A stretch of 64,000 nt of DNA, taken from contig JACZUI010000003.1 in NCBI GenBank assembly GCA_022573225.1, forward strand, positions 11,798 through 75,797. Reading direction: 5' to 3'. The position numbers and the translations under genes were made by a program. Source of the stretch: Acidobacteriota bacterium (GTDB lineage: Bacteria > Actinomycetota > Acidimicrobiia > Spongiisociales > ZC4RG35). The notes beneath the pieces were generated by a model. That model made no database searches, was not told the origin of the DNA, and worked only from the letters and a program-made list of their open reading frames with translations. Shown one piece after another: positions 8,176-17,345 of this stretch; within the stretch, counting starts at the first letter, position 1; each line of letters begins with the position of its first letter.

Positions 8176-9942
8176 TCAGTCGCAGCCGAATGCCTCCGCG
8201 CTTGCCTTGTTGGATTGCAGCTCGGCGACCTTTGCCTGAACCTTGGCCACCATCCGCGCGGTCAGCTTCTTATCCTTGGACTTCTCACGGAACGTGATGT
8301 CAGGAGCGTCGGATGATTCCTCAACCCGGTCGATCTGTTCCGTCTTAACCCACTGGCCACCCTTGCAAACGAGAGTGCGAACGCATTTGACAGTGATGGT
8401 TCGTGTGGGAATGGTGGCTGTGATCGTTTCCGGCTCGGTCCTATTGTCTAGGTCGGCAAAGAGATCCTCGAGGGCGTCTTGGTCGAGGTCGGCCAGCTCG
8501 TCAGCACCGATGTTCCCGCGATCGGTGAATCCCTTCCACGCTGAAGTCGGAACGTCGATGCGCACTTCCCCACCGAGCACCCGGAACTGCTCCCGACTCT
8601 CGACGCTGGGTTTCGTAGCCCCTTCGACACAATCGGCTTTCGGCGGTTCGGGTGGCGGTGTGGCCACTGCAGGTGGGCCGGAGGGAGTCTCCGCATCGTC
8701 TTCAGCCGCCGGCGCCGATCCCTCGCACTCTCTGAGGGCTAGGCGAGCCTGCTCGAGCGCGTCACGAGCGGCGTCGAGAGCGGCGTCGGCCTCGTCGAGG
8801 TTGGCCTTGGCATCCTCCATTGCTTCGCGGGCACCATCCAAGTTGTGCTCGGCGATCTCGGCCGCTTCTTCCTGGGCCTGCCAGCGTGCCAGGTCGTCGG
8901 CATAGGTCTCGTCGCCATCTGGCCCCTTCGGGTACCCGGATTGACGATTGGGCTCCCTAGTGCGGTTCTCTGTTTGGCTTTTGTACTCGGAGTACTCGCT
9001 TTGGAAGTGATCGTATTCGCCTTGCCAGTAGTCTTTGACCTTCTTGGCTTTGTCATAGGCGGCATCGGCCGCGGCATATGCCTTTCTCTCTGGCTCACAG
9101 TCCTTCACTGCCCCGATGAATACGGCAGCCGGCTTTGACCCTCGTATGAACAAGAAGATCCCCGTACCGACGATGCCCAGCCCGATGAAGATGAAAGCAA
9201 TGGATAGGCCGGATCCAGAGCCCTGTTCCGCATCTCCCGCCTGACCTCCATCGGCCGCCCCAGTCGCGGTCGACGAGGTGGCCGCGGCTGTTGTCGTGGT
9301 GGTGGCCGCTGTCGTCGTGGTGGCCCCGGCTGTCGTCGTGGTGGCCGGCATGATCATCTCGCCGCTCACCAGGTCGAACACCACCGGGCCGACGAGGTCG
9401 ATCGGGTCCCCCCGGTCTGCAGTGTCCGACTCCACTAGAAATTCAGCATCACCTAAGACAGTTTGGGTGGTTGTTTCCTCGGCCCACGAGCCCCATGCCG
9501 CATCCACCGTCGCCGTGAACGGCTCGGTGGGGAAAAGACCGGTCGCCACCAGCACACAGCCATTCTCAAGGATGTATGCCTCGGGGCTCTCGGCAGCGGC
9601 ACCATCCGAGATGACATTCTCCTCGCCGTCGTGAATCGTCCAGCCGATCGCGGAAACTTCGTCGCCGACCTGGACGTCGAGAAAGAAGAAGAAAGAGAAC
9701 AGGTCGCGCGGAGGCTTGTCCGCCCACGGCGTGTAGAACCCAACTTTGAACCACAACTGGCCGTCGTCGTCGATGATCGGCTGGACGAAGCTGACACGGG
9801 CGCGATCGTCGGCTTCCTCCTGTGCGGACGCCACACCGATCCCGCCGACCGCCAAAAAGAGACCAACGAGCAACGCAGCTACCCCTGTCCGGGTAAACCG
9901 CCGTAGGTCTGTCATCACTCGTCTGCCTCCTTGCGCCTTCAC
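8176..9942 (-). CDS. Large membrane-anchored protein: signal peptide, ~190-aa extracytoplasmic domain, Thr/Ala-rich linker, single TM helix, ~330-aa cytoplasmic coiled-coil/acidic domain
   Basis: 588-aa ORF. N-terminal signal/TM (RRFTRTGVAALLVGLFLAVGGIGVASA), the low-complexity stretch TTTTAGATTTTAATTTTTAAATSST, a TM helix (LSIAFIFIGLGIVGTGIFLFI), and an Ala/Glu/Asp-rich heptad-like region. The start may instead be the downstream M at 9915. No recognisable catalytic domain. Confidence 0.6.
   Translation of the reverse strand: MKAQGGRRVMTDLRRFTRTGVAALLVGLFLAVGGIGVASAQEEADDRARVSFVQPIIDDDGQLWFKVGFYTPWADKPPRDLFSFFFFLDVQVGDEVSAIGWTIHDGEENVISDGAAAESPEAYILENGCVLVATGLFPTEPFTATVDAAWGSWAEETTTQTVLGDAEFLVESDTADRGDPIDLVGPVVFDLVSGEMIMPATTTTAGATTTTAATTTTTAAATSSTATGAADGGQAGDAEQGSGSGLSIAFIFIGLGIVGTGIFLFIRGSKPAAVFIGAVKDCEPERKAYAAADAAYDKAKKVKDYWQGEYDHFQSEYSEYKSQTENRTREPNRQSGYPKGPDGDETYADDLARWQAQEEAAEIAEHNLDGAREAMEDAKANLDEADAALDAARDALEQARLALRECEGSAPAAEDDAETPSGPPAVATPPPEPPKADCVEGATKPSVESREQFRVLGGEVRIDVPTSAWKGFTDRGNIGADELADLDQDALEDLFADLDNRTEPETITATIPTRTITVKCVRTLVCKGGQWVKTEQIDRVEESSDAPDITFREKSKDKKLTARMVAKVQAKVAELQSNKASAEAFGCD
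9270..9350. repeat. Imperfect ~18-21-bp coding tandem (GGCCGCTGTCGTCGTGGT-like x3-4) encoding the Thr/Ala-rich linker of the membrane protein
   Basis: Read directly; low-complexity coding repeat. Confidence 0.6.
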
Positions 9943-9999
9943 GGTACCGAATATCGGCGTGGGTTTCTCATGGTGAGGTTGACAGCGTTCGGGACCGAG

Positions 10000-10818
10000 C
10001 TATCGGGACTCCTGATTGGGTTCTACCAGGAGCGATTGCACTGATCGGCCGAAGCGACCGGATCGGTCGGACATCCTGCTCTCTGCCATTCCCGTGCCGG
10101 TGGCATGGAGCATCGTTGTCGCATCCAGAAACACCCAGCGTCCTTCGGGCGGTCTGGCAAAGTAGACCGTCAGATCGGGGTTGATGAACAGCCAGTCCCG
10201 ATTGGGGTCCCAGTTGCTCAAACCGTTCCCGAAGTCTGCTGCGGCACAGGCTGTCTCCACGGGAGTTGGCTCTATGCCTTCCAGGACCGGTGTTCGCAGC
10301 CTGAACCACGCCTGGCCGGGTCCAGCTTCATTGAAATCTCCGTTCACTGCTCGGATCTCGACTGCATCGTTGGCGAAGGCTCCAGCTCGGGCGAACATCC
10401 GTGCAGGTCTTGCCTGTTCAGGGGGTGGAGGTATTTGCTCGGATGAATGCATAGGCGGAAGGCGGAATTCGCCACGTCGGATTCGGACTCCTACGGCTCT
10501 AGCGACAAGCGTCTCGCCGTGGTGGAGCGATGCCTCGACGACCTGGACCCGCTTGCCGGGCCTGGTCACGCTGCATTGAATACGTAAGGGCTGGATTGGC
10601 ACAGGGCGCAGCAGCTCGACCGTTATACGGACCAAGGCCATGTCCCCGTCAGCCGGGGCTCGTTGGATTTCACCGGCAAGCAGCGATGCGGGAGCCCCAC
10701 CGTGCTGGGCATCGGGTGACCATGGGCCCCCGGTAAGTCTGCTGGGAGAAACACTGTCACCGTCTCGGGCGAACAGTGCTTCGGGTTTGTTTGCCACATT
10801 CGAATGGTATGCGCTCAA
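10000..10818 (-). CDS. Acyl-CoA thioesterase-like (hot-dog fold, TesB/4HBT_3 type) protein
   Basis: 272 aa with the hot-dog thioesterase II pattern (GGPWSPDAQHGGAPASLLA ... double hot-dog). It overlaps the upstream DoxX gene by 4 nt. Confidence 0.65.
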   Translation of the reverse strand: MSAYHSNVANKPEALFARDGDSVSPSRLTGGPWSPDAQHGGAPASLLAGEIQRAPADGDMALVRITVELLRPVPIQPLRIQCSVTRPGKRVQVVEASLHHGETLVARAVGVRIRRGEFRLPPMHSSEQIPPPPEQARPARMFARAGAFANDAVEIRAVNGDFNEAGPGQAWFRLRTPVLEGIEPTPVETACAAADFGNGLSNWDPNRDWLFINPDLTVYFARPPEGRWVFLDATTMLHATGTGMAESRMSDRSGRFGRSVQSLLVEPNQESR

Positions 10819-11225
10819 GCCGAGAGACCACTAGGCGAACCCTCTCCAGCCCCCTCCGGCCTGGTGTACCACCACGCCCATGCGATGAGGACGGCCTGGA
10901 TGGGAAGACGAAGCCAGTTCAGCAGCGAGTTCGGCTCTTCACCGACGAATGCAAGATCGTTGACCGCCACATTGACGTTGGCCGGGAAGATGACGACTAA
11001 CAGAACAACCAGACCCCAGGCAGCCACTAACCGGGTAGCCGGGACGATCACTCCGACACCGAGTAGGACTTCGGCAATTCCCGAGATGTACACAACCGCA
11101 AGTGGCCAGGGAACGAAGTCGGGCATTATCCGCTGGTAGGCCTCGGGGTTGATGAAGTGATACAGACCGTTGGCCAGGTAGAACGCTGCCATGAGCCAGA
11201 GGAGAGCCCGCTTCGTGGGTGACAT
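10815..11225 (-). CDS. DoxX-family integral membrane protein
   Basis: 136 aa with 4 predicted TM helices; the ALLWLMAAFYLANGLYHF...AEVLLGVGVIVP...VNVAVND pattern is typical of DoxX. Confidence 0.7.
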   Translation of the reverse strand: MSPTKRALLWLMAAFYLANGLYHFINPEAYQRIMPDFVPWPLAVVYISGIAEVLLGVGVIVPATRLVAAWGLVVLLVVIFPANVNVAVNDLAFVGEEPNSLLNWLRLPIQAVLIAWAWWYTRPEGAGEGSPSGLSA

Positions 11226-11380
11226 CGACTCGCAGAATATCGGCTACCGGATATCGAGCAGCGAGCAGAAGCTTCCCTGATAACCACGTTTGGTCGTCCG
11301 GCGGACCTGTGGGATAGGATTTCACCACTCCGGCATACATCAATCTGCTGGATGTTGATCGTCTTAGGTGGTGGTGCAAG

Positions 11381-11776
11381 TTGGAAATGACGGAGCAGCA
11401 CAAGGAGGCCTTGAAGGTTGGCCGGCTGGAAGCGAGGGCAATCAAGGCCTATCTGAAGGCCTTGGATGCTCGTAAACCGGGGCGTCCGGTAACCCGTGAG
11501 AGCCTCGAGGCCCGGCTGGGGTCGATCGAGGCCAAAATCGCCGAAAGCGACGATCCGCTCAGGAAACTCGAGTTGGTTCAGAAGAAGCTCGACATCGAAG
11601 ATTCCCTGGATCAGGTGGAAGACGCTCGGAACATCGCTGATCTCGAGGCGGGTTTTGTCCAACATGCTCGGTCGTACTCGGAGCGAAAGGGGATCAGCTA
11701 CACCGCGTGGCGACAGATCGGGGTGACCGCGGCGACCTTGAAGGCCGCCGGCATTACCGAAACCAGGCGTCGCTAG
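11381..11776 (+). CDS. Hypothetical helical protein
   Basis: 131-aa ORF, charged and helical (EALKVGRLEARAIKAYLKALDAR...), with no recognisable domain. The start may be at MTEQHKE. Confidence 0.4.
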   Translation: MEMTEQHKEALKVGRLEARAIKAYLKALDARKPGRPVTRESLEARLGSIEAKIAESDDPLRKLELVQKKLDIEDSLDQVEDARNIADLEAGFVQHARSYSERKGISYTAWRQIGVTAATLKAAGITETRRR

Positions 11777-11794
11777 TGGCCGTTACCACTACCG

Positions 11795-12136
11795 CTAGTC
11801 CCACCCCAGCTCGGTCAATCGGTCATCTTCGATCCCGAGATGATGGGCGATCTCGTGAAGCACGGTCTTCCGTATCTCAGCTTCCAGATCGTGTTGGTCA
11901 AGTCGGAGCCTGAGGTGCGGCTGGCGGAAGATGACGATGCGGTCGGGTAGGGCACCCCAGTATTCGCCGGCTCGCTCCGGTAGCGATACGCCTTCGTACA
12001 CGCCGAGAGAATCGCCAAGCTCCGGGGGTGGATGTTCCTCCACCACCACATGGAGATTGTCGATCTTGTCGTGGACCCATGCCGGCAAAGACTCGAGGGT
12101 GCGGTCGACGACCGTCTCGAAGTCCTCCCGGTTCAA
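11795..12136 (-). CDS. Zincin-like metallopeptidase-family protein (DUF1025/SprT-like fold)
   Basis: 113 aa ending in the HExxH motif (VLHEIAHHLGIEDDRLTELGWD), typical of the small actinobacterial 'metallopeptidase family protein'. Confidence 0.7.
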   Translation of the reverse strand: MNREDFETVVDRTLESLPAWVHDKIDNLHVVVEEHPPPELGDSLGVYEGVSLPERAGEYWGALPDRIVIFRQPHLRLRLDQHDLEAEIRKTVLHEIAHHLGIEDDRLTELGWD

Positions 12137-12140
12137 TAGC

Positions 12141-12608
12141 TCAGAGCTTTATCGACCTTGCTCCAAGTAAGGCCATCAGGTATGCCGCATAAGCGCCCAG
12201 GGCCCCGAGGACCGTGACGAAGTCTTCGAGCACTCCCTCCCTCAGGTCGAAGATGATCTCGGTCAGGCCGATGACAGCAAGGCCGTATCCAATGATCTTC
12301 ATCAGAACATTGAGGCGATGAACCTTTTCGACCGAGTCCCGATTGAGCCTTGGAAGCGCTGCTGCGGCCACTGCGAAGAGAATGACAATGGTCGGCATGA
12401 AGTATTCGCTGAGAATTACCTCGAAAATGAGCCAAACAGCGATGAGGATGAGCCCGGCGACGGCCACCATTCCTTCGCCGCCGGAGAAGTCGGAGTCGCT
12501 CGTCGGTTCGCTGGCGGCAGGCGCGGCCTCGGTCCCTCCTTGGTCTGGGGGATCAGGCGCTGGGGGTCGGTCTTCCTGCGGCTCCGGCACAGGGGTCTCG
12601 TCGGTCAT
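12141..12608 (-). CDS. Hypothetical membrane protein (Pro/Glu-rich N-terminus, 3-4 TM helices)
   Basis: 155-aa ORF directly upstream of the zincin gene and co-oriented with it; the hydrophobic segments support a membrane location. Confidence 0.5.
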   Translation of the reverse strand: MTDETPVPEPQEDRPPAPDPPDQGGTEAAPAASEPTSDSDFSGGEGMVAVAGLILIAVWLIFEVILSEYFMPTIVILFAVAAAALPRLNRDSVEKVHRLNVLMKIIGYGLAVIGLTEIIFDLREGVLEDFVTVLGALGAYAAYLMALLGARSIKL

Positions 12609-12706
12609 GTCTCCTCCTCTGCCGGCACGTGTTGGCGGGTGGACGCCGGCCTCAAGACTCTATCCGTGGTGAGTAGCGCCGCGCCGTCAAGTACGCTGCA
12701 TTTCTC

Positions 12707-12781
12707 GGGCGATTAGCTCAGTCTGGCTAGAGCGCTCGCCTCACACGCGAGAGGCCACAGGTTCAAGTCCCGTATCGCCCA
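12707..12781 (+). tRNA. tRNA-Val (anticodon CAC)
   Basis: Cloverleaf read by hand. Acceptor GGGCGAT/ATCGCCC, D-arm GCTC...GAGC, anticodon stem CTCGC/GCGAG with loop CT-CAC-AC, T-arm ACAGG-TTCAAGT-CCCGT (one mismatch), discriminator A. CCA is not encoded. Confidence 0.85.
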
Positions 12782-12844
12782 CGCGACAACCTCGGTCAAA
12801 GGGGGTTGCCTCTGTCCTGAAGCCACTTCTGAAGATGCTCTATC

Positions 12845-12860
12845 TTGGCAAAGTTGCCAA
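12845..12860. promoter_or_regulatory. Perfect palindrome TTGGCAA-AG-TTGCCAA in a non-coding region; candidate dimeric regulator binding site
   Basis: Seen directly in the sequence, 65 nt downstream of tRNA-Val and within ~520 bp of non-coding, lower-GC DNA. Confidence 0.3.
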
Positions 12861-13301
12861 CCACGACCCATTTTGACGCTCATTGAGTTGCCACAGGAAG
12901 GCCGGAGGGGGTGCTGCGTCACCACCGCTGGCGAAGCGAATGCCCAGAAGAAGGCACCCGCCATGACTGACAGTGCCGACACCGTCTGAGCTACAGGACG
13001 CCTTCTTCGCGATGCCCATCACCGACTGGTGGAAGCGGGGGCTGGTCTCTTCAGAGATTCTCAAGGACGCCCCGGAAGGCTCGAAAACCGTGCTGAAATC
13101 TCTAGCCAAGGGGGTGAAGAGCGTCTATGGATCGTCGCCGTGCGACGGCGTCGCCCGAGTGGGACTTGCTCTTCGATTCCGTCAAGGGATTGTTCACGGA
13201 GTCGGAGGGATGAAGCGTGGCTGTGTCGGCCGCCCGCAATCCGGATGCGCGCCGGGTCAGTCTCCCCTTCTGGTCGGCTACCTGAGAACAAGGCTCAAGT
13301 G

Positions 13302-15635
13302 TTACCACTTGCCCGCCACCGGCAGCCAGGTTCCTTGCCCGAAGGAGAACACCTCGTCGGCGTTGCCTTGGGTGTTGTGGTATTTGAGATAGAACTTGGC
13401 GTCGCCGGGTCTGAAAACGCCCGGGGTGTCGACGGAGTCGATTACTCCCCAATCACCGGCAACAAACAGGTCGTTGGGGATGCCGAAGAAGAACTGATCG
13501 TCGGCCACTCCGGTGGTGAGGGTTTTGCGGTAGTAGAAGAACCCGTTCGACTCCCGGTACAAGCCGATCTCGTCGATATCGTCCCCGTCGAAATCGCCGG
13601 TCACCGGCGTGTCGCCTGGGACCCCGAACAGGAACGAGAACTCGGCAGTTCCCAATCCGCCGTCATTGGACCCGAGCACGTTGATGATGTAGATGCGGGC
13701 TTCGAATGGTCGGTATATCGACACCGTGTCACATCCGTTTCCGTTGAAGTCGCCGGGTAACGGGATGTCGTTGGGGATACCGAAGAAGAACCGGATGTCG
13801 GCCACCCCCTGGGTGTTGGAGTTGCGCAGGTAGACGAAGCCATCGGACTGGCGGTACAGCCCGGGGGTATCCACTCCGTCACAGTTCCAGTCCCCGGCAA
13901 ACGGGAAGTCGCCGGGAACGCCGTAATAGAACGAGTCCACCACTCCGTTACCATCCCTGAGATGCCATATGCCCGAACTCGGATCGACGAGTCCTACTTC
14001 GTCCTCCGGGATCCCCGGGCCTAAAACTTCGTCCTCCGGGGTCCCCGGGCCTAAAACTTCGTCCTCCTGGTTGACCGTGACCGTCACCTCGTCGCTGCTC
14101 GAAAGCGCTCCGTCATGGGCGGTGAGTCGCAGCAGGTAGACCCCGGATGTGGAGAAGCTGGCGGTGGTGTTCAGGGCGGCGGTGTTCCCGAAGATGACGG
14201 TGCCCGGTCCGGTCACCTTTGACCAGGTGGTGGTCACCGTGTCTGGCGGGTCGGGCAGCCCGTCATCGTTGACCGTCCCCGACAGGTTCGCCAGGTCGGG
14301 GAGGGTGATCGTCTGGTCCCCACCCGCCGAAACCGTCGGGGCCTGGTTGGACGCTCCGCAAATGTCGTTGGGTTGGCCGACGTAGACCAAGGGCTCCTCA
14401 TGGTTATCAGGGTCGCCAGCGAAGCCGCAGGCGGGATCGGTTTGAGCCTTCGTGCCAAGGGCCGCCATCGCAGCGTTCCGGGCCGCCATTGGTTCGGTCG
14501 AGGCGGTAACGGTCAGTGCGCTGGCGGCAATGCGCTCGGCCACCGCACCGGTCACCAGCGGGGCGGAAAAGCTGGTGCCACTGCCGATGGCGTAGGCGCC
14601 GCCTTTGAAAGTGGAAAGGATATCGACGCCGGGAGCGGCAAGGTCCACGTCGACACCGAAGTTGCTGAAAGAGGCGAACGTATCGTCGCCATTGCCGCCG
14701 GAAGCACCACCCGCACCGTCGGTATCCTTGATGGCGGAGACGGTGATCACTTCGTCGTAGGCGGCGGGCACATGGTTGGCGGCATCCTCACTGTCGTTGC
14801 CGGCGGCAACGACGATGACCACACCCGCCCTGGCCGTGTTTTGGATGGCCTCGTGAAGGACGGTGTCGCCTCCTGCGGAGCGGCCCAGGCTCATGTTGGC
14901 GACGCGAATGCTCAGCCCACCGGCGTTGGCGGCCACGTAGTCGAGGCCGGCGATGACGCTGGCGTCGCTGCCGCTGGCGTTGTTGTCCAGCACCTTGACC
15001 GCCACCAAGCAGGCGCCGGGAGCCACGCCGCGGACATCGACGCCGGCGACAGTAGCGACGCCAATCTTGGCAGCAGCCGTACCGGCCACATGGGTGCCGT
15101 GGCCGTTCTTGTCGTCAGCGTCGGGGCCGCCGGCAGCAAAGGTCTTGGAATTAGCGACATCGACATTTAGATCTGGGTGGTTGAAGTCGATGCCCGTGTC
15201 CAGGATGGCAATACGGAAAGCTGGCGAATCACAGCTCCCCACCGTGTTTACGCCCTCAGCGTCGATGCGGTCAACGCCGGTCGGCCCGTCCAGGGCGAGT
15301 ACCACCCTGTTAGGCACCACGTTGATGATGCGGGGGTCGGCCTGGAGTGCCGCAACCTTCGCGTCGGGCACGTTGGCGGCGAAGCCGTTGAGGGCATGTT
15401 CATAGACGTGGATTAGGCCCAGCCCGTGCTCTCGCGTTAGCTCTGCGGCGGCCACGCCCGGCTCGACACTGTCCTCGAAGACGACGATCCACTGGCCCGG
15501 GATCACATTGGGACGGGTGCTGGCGGCCAGACCGTCCACTGGTAGCAATGCCACTACCAAGGCAACCAGTGCGATCCCGGCAGCCCTTCTTGGACGTGCC
15601 CGACTGAGCTTCGCGACGGTGAAAACCTGTCTCAA
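13302..15635 (-). CDS. Secreted subtilisin-like serine protease (peptidase S8) with I9 propeptide, PKD-like domain, acidic tandem-repeat linker and four C-terminal FG-GAP/VCBS-like repeats
   Basis: Signal peptide present. Catalytic triad motifs: D in AILDTGID, HGTHVAGT, and GTSFSAPLVTG. Internal EDEVLGPG(T/I)P x2.4 repeat, then four ~45-aa repeats (FxxG.PGD.P..GD[WF].G.G.D..G.YR). Confidence 0.85.
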   Translation of the reverse strand: MRQVFTVAKLSRARPRRAAGIALVALVVALLPVDGLAASTRPNVIPGQWIVVFEDSVEPGVAAAELTREHGLGLIHVYEHALNGFAANVPDAKVAALQADPRIINVVPNRVVLALDGPTGVDRIDAEGVNTVGSCDSPAFRIAILDTGIDFNHPDLNVDVANSKTFAAGGPDADDKNGHGTHVAGTAAAKIGVATVAGVDVRGVAPGACLVAVKVLDNNASGSDASVIAGLDYVAANAGGLSIRVANMSLGRSAGGDTVLHEAIQNTARAGVVIVVAAGNDSEDAANHVPAAYDEVITVSAIKDTDGAGGASGGNGDDTFASFSNFGVDVDLAAPGVDILSTFKGGAYAIGSGTSFSAPLVTGAVAERIAASALTVTASTEPMAARNAAMAALGTKAQTDPACGFAGDPDNHEEPLVYVGQPNDICGASNQAPTVSAGGDQTITLPDLANLSGTVNDDGLPDPPDTVTTTWSKVTGPGTVIFGNTAALNTTASFSTSGVYLLRLTAHDGALSSSDEVTVTVNQEDEVLGPGTPEDEVLGPGIPEDEVGLVDPSSGIWHLRDGNGVVDSFYYGVPGDFPFAGDWNCDGVDTPGLYRQSDGFVYLRNSNTQGVADIRFFFGIPNDIPLPGDFNGNGCDTVSIYRPFEARIYIINVLGSNDGGLGTAEFSFLFGVPGDTPVTGDFDGDDIDEIGLYRESNGFFYYRKTLTTGVADDQFFFGIPNDLFVAGDWGVIDSVDTPGVFRPGDAKFYLKYHNTQGNADEVFSFGQGTWLPVAGKW
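13997..14067. repeat. 30-bp tandem repeat x2.4 (CTTCGTCCTCCGGG[A/G]TCCCCGGGCCTAAAA) inside the S8 protease gene
   Basis: Read directly; it encodes the EDEVLGPG(T/I)P repeats on the minus strand. Confidence 0.8.
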
Positions 15636-15917
15636 CCCCTCACTGCCTTCGGGCGCGCCCGATCACTATGAGAAAGACAGCGGGCGCCATAAGATGCCCA
15701 CCACTCAGCTCGAATGCCCGAGCCTTGTAGTAGCCAATGCGCCGCCAGTCCCAACGGCGGTCTGGAGTCATGCGTCCTCCTATGAATCGAGGCTACAGAA
15801 TCCATTCGGTCACCGACCCGGTCGCGACGAGTGTCCCGATACAAGGGCAGGCTGATACGCCCACGAGCACTGACTTTCCTAGTCAGCCTCCGATAGACCC
15901 GGACGGATTCAGTTCTG

Positions 15918-17219
15918 TTACGTGACGGTTGCCTTGACACTTGCATACTCATGGTGAACCTCGTTCTCCACCAGAGTTCTCAGCCGATGGGCCGCGGTGT
16001 GCACATCGACGAATGAGGTGTACAGAGGCGAGAAGCCGAACCGGAGACTGTCGGGAGCCCTGAAGTCGGGGATCACCTTGGCCCGCTCGATCAAAGCCCG
16101 CGCAATGGGCCAGGCGTCGTCGTGGGTCAAGGAGATATGGGATCCCCTGATCGCGGAATCCTGAGGCGAGCCCAATTTGAAGCCCAGTGAGGCCAGGTGG
16201 GTTTCCCAAAGCTCGATGAAGTACTCGGTCAACGCCACCGACTTGGTCCTGATCTCCCCCATCCCGGCCTCGACCACATCAGCGATTCCCGGTTCAGCCG
16301 CCGCCAACGACAGCATCGGCATTGTCCCGGTGTGGAAACGTCTGATACCCGAGACGGGCTCGAATTCCAGGTCGAACGCGAATGGGTCGCTATGGCCCCA
16401 CCATGCGGTGATGGGGTTGCTCAACTCGTCTTGGAGGTCCTTCCTCACGTAGAGGAACGCGGGTGAACCGGGCCCGCCGTTCAGATACTTGTAGGTGCAG
16501 CCAATAGCGAGGTCGACTCCCGCCCCTTCGAAGTCGATGGGGACGGCTCCAACCGAGTGGCTGCAATCCCAGAGCACAAGGGCCCCGGACTCATGGGCCA
16601 ACCGGGTCAGCTCCGCCATGTCGTAGGTGTAGCCAGACTTGAAGACGGTATGGGAGAGCGAGACGAGAGCGGTGTCGTCGTCTATGGCGTCGGCTAGGCC
16701 GGGTACCGGTCCGTGCACCCCATCGGACTCGACAATCTGCATTAGGTAGTCATCGCCGAAGAGGCCGGCAACGCCGCCGAGCACATAGACATCGGTGGGA
16801 AAGTTGAGGTCATCGGTGATGATCTTGTGTTTTCCGGGGCGGGCGGCGACCGCCGAGTAGGCGAGTTTGAACAAGTTGACCGATGTGGAGTCGGAGATGA
16901 TGACTTCGCCCGGATCGGCACCAATTATCCGAGCGAGCAGGTCTCCGAGCCGAAGCTGGAGGTCCCACCAACCTTCGTTCCACGATCGAATCAACCGATC
17001 TCCCCACTCGTCCGCGACGACACCGGCGACCAGGTCCTGGGTCTTGTCGGGGAGACGTCCCAGCGAGTTGCCGTCGAGATAGATCAGGCGCGGATCGGTG
17101 ACCACAAACCGCTCTTTGAACCTCGAGAGAGGATCCGACCCATCCAATTCCATCGCCTTGTCGTATCCGGGTGCGTCCTGGAATGGGCCTAACACGAGCT
17201 TGGATGAGGTATCGATCAT
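15918..17219 (-). CDS. kynU: Kynureninase (PLP-dependent)
   Basis: Conserved along its length with bacterial kynureninases (YLDGNSLG, FPTDVYV, CTYKYLNGGPGSPAF, RFGFSPLYT). The ORF extends to 17273; the likely start is M at 17219 or 17153. Confidence 0.85.
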   Translation of the reverse strand: MIDTSSKLVLGPFQDAPGYDKAMELDGSDPLSRFKERFVVTDPRLIYLDGNSLGRLPDKTQDLVAGVVADEWGDRLIRSWNEGWWDLQLRLGDLLARIIGADPGEVIISDSTSVNLFKLAYSAVAARPGKHKIITDDLNFPTDVYVLGGVAGLFGDDYLMQIVESDGVHGPVPGLADAIDDDTALVSLSHTVFKSGYTYDMAELTRLAHESGALVLWDCSHSVGAVPIDFEGAGVDLAIGCTYKYLNGGPGSPAFLYVRKDLQDELSNPITAWWGHSDPFAFDLEFEPVSGIRRFHTGTMPMLSLAAAEPGIADVVEAGMGEIRTKSVALTEYFIELWETHLASLGFKLGSPQDSAIRGSHISLTHDDAWPIARALIERAKVIPDFRAPDSLRFGFSPLYTSFVDVHTAAHRLRTLVENEVHHEYASVKATVT

Positions 17220-17345
17220 GGCCGACCGGATTGTGGCATGGTGCTCACCGTGAGAGGCCGGCTTGTCGTCCATCTCGGCGAACTAGCGCCGACGTCAGTC
17301 GGACATGGCTGCTCCAGTCTTGGGCCCGGGAGATAGGCTGCCGCC

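Noticed and set aside
8243-8905. 220-aa plus-strand Ser/Ala-rich ORF
   Set aside because: Antisense of the coiled-coil region of the membrane protein; its low complexity mirrors the Ala/Glu repeats on the coding strand.
13029-13760. 243-aa plus-strand ORF plus several others (14373-15170, 14953-15405) inside the S8 protease locus
   Set aside because: They are antisense to a strongly supported protease gene, and their translations are Gly/Ala/Arg-rich without motifs.
13997-14067. Tandem repeats as a possible CRISPR array
   Set aside because: There are only 2.4 contiguous copies with no spacers, they lie in-frame inside a protease gene, and there are no cas genes nearby.
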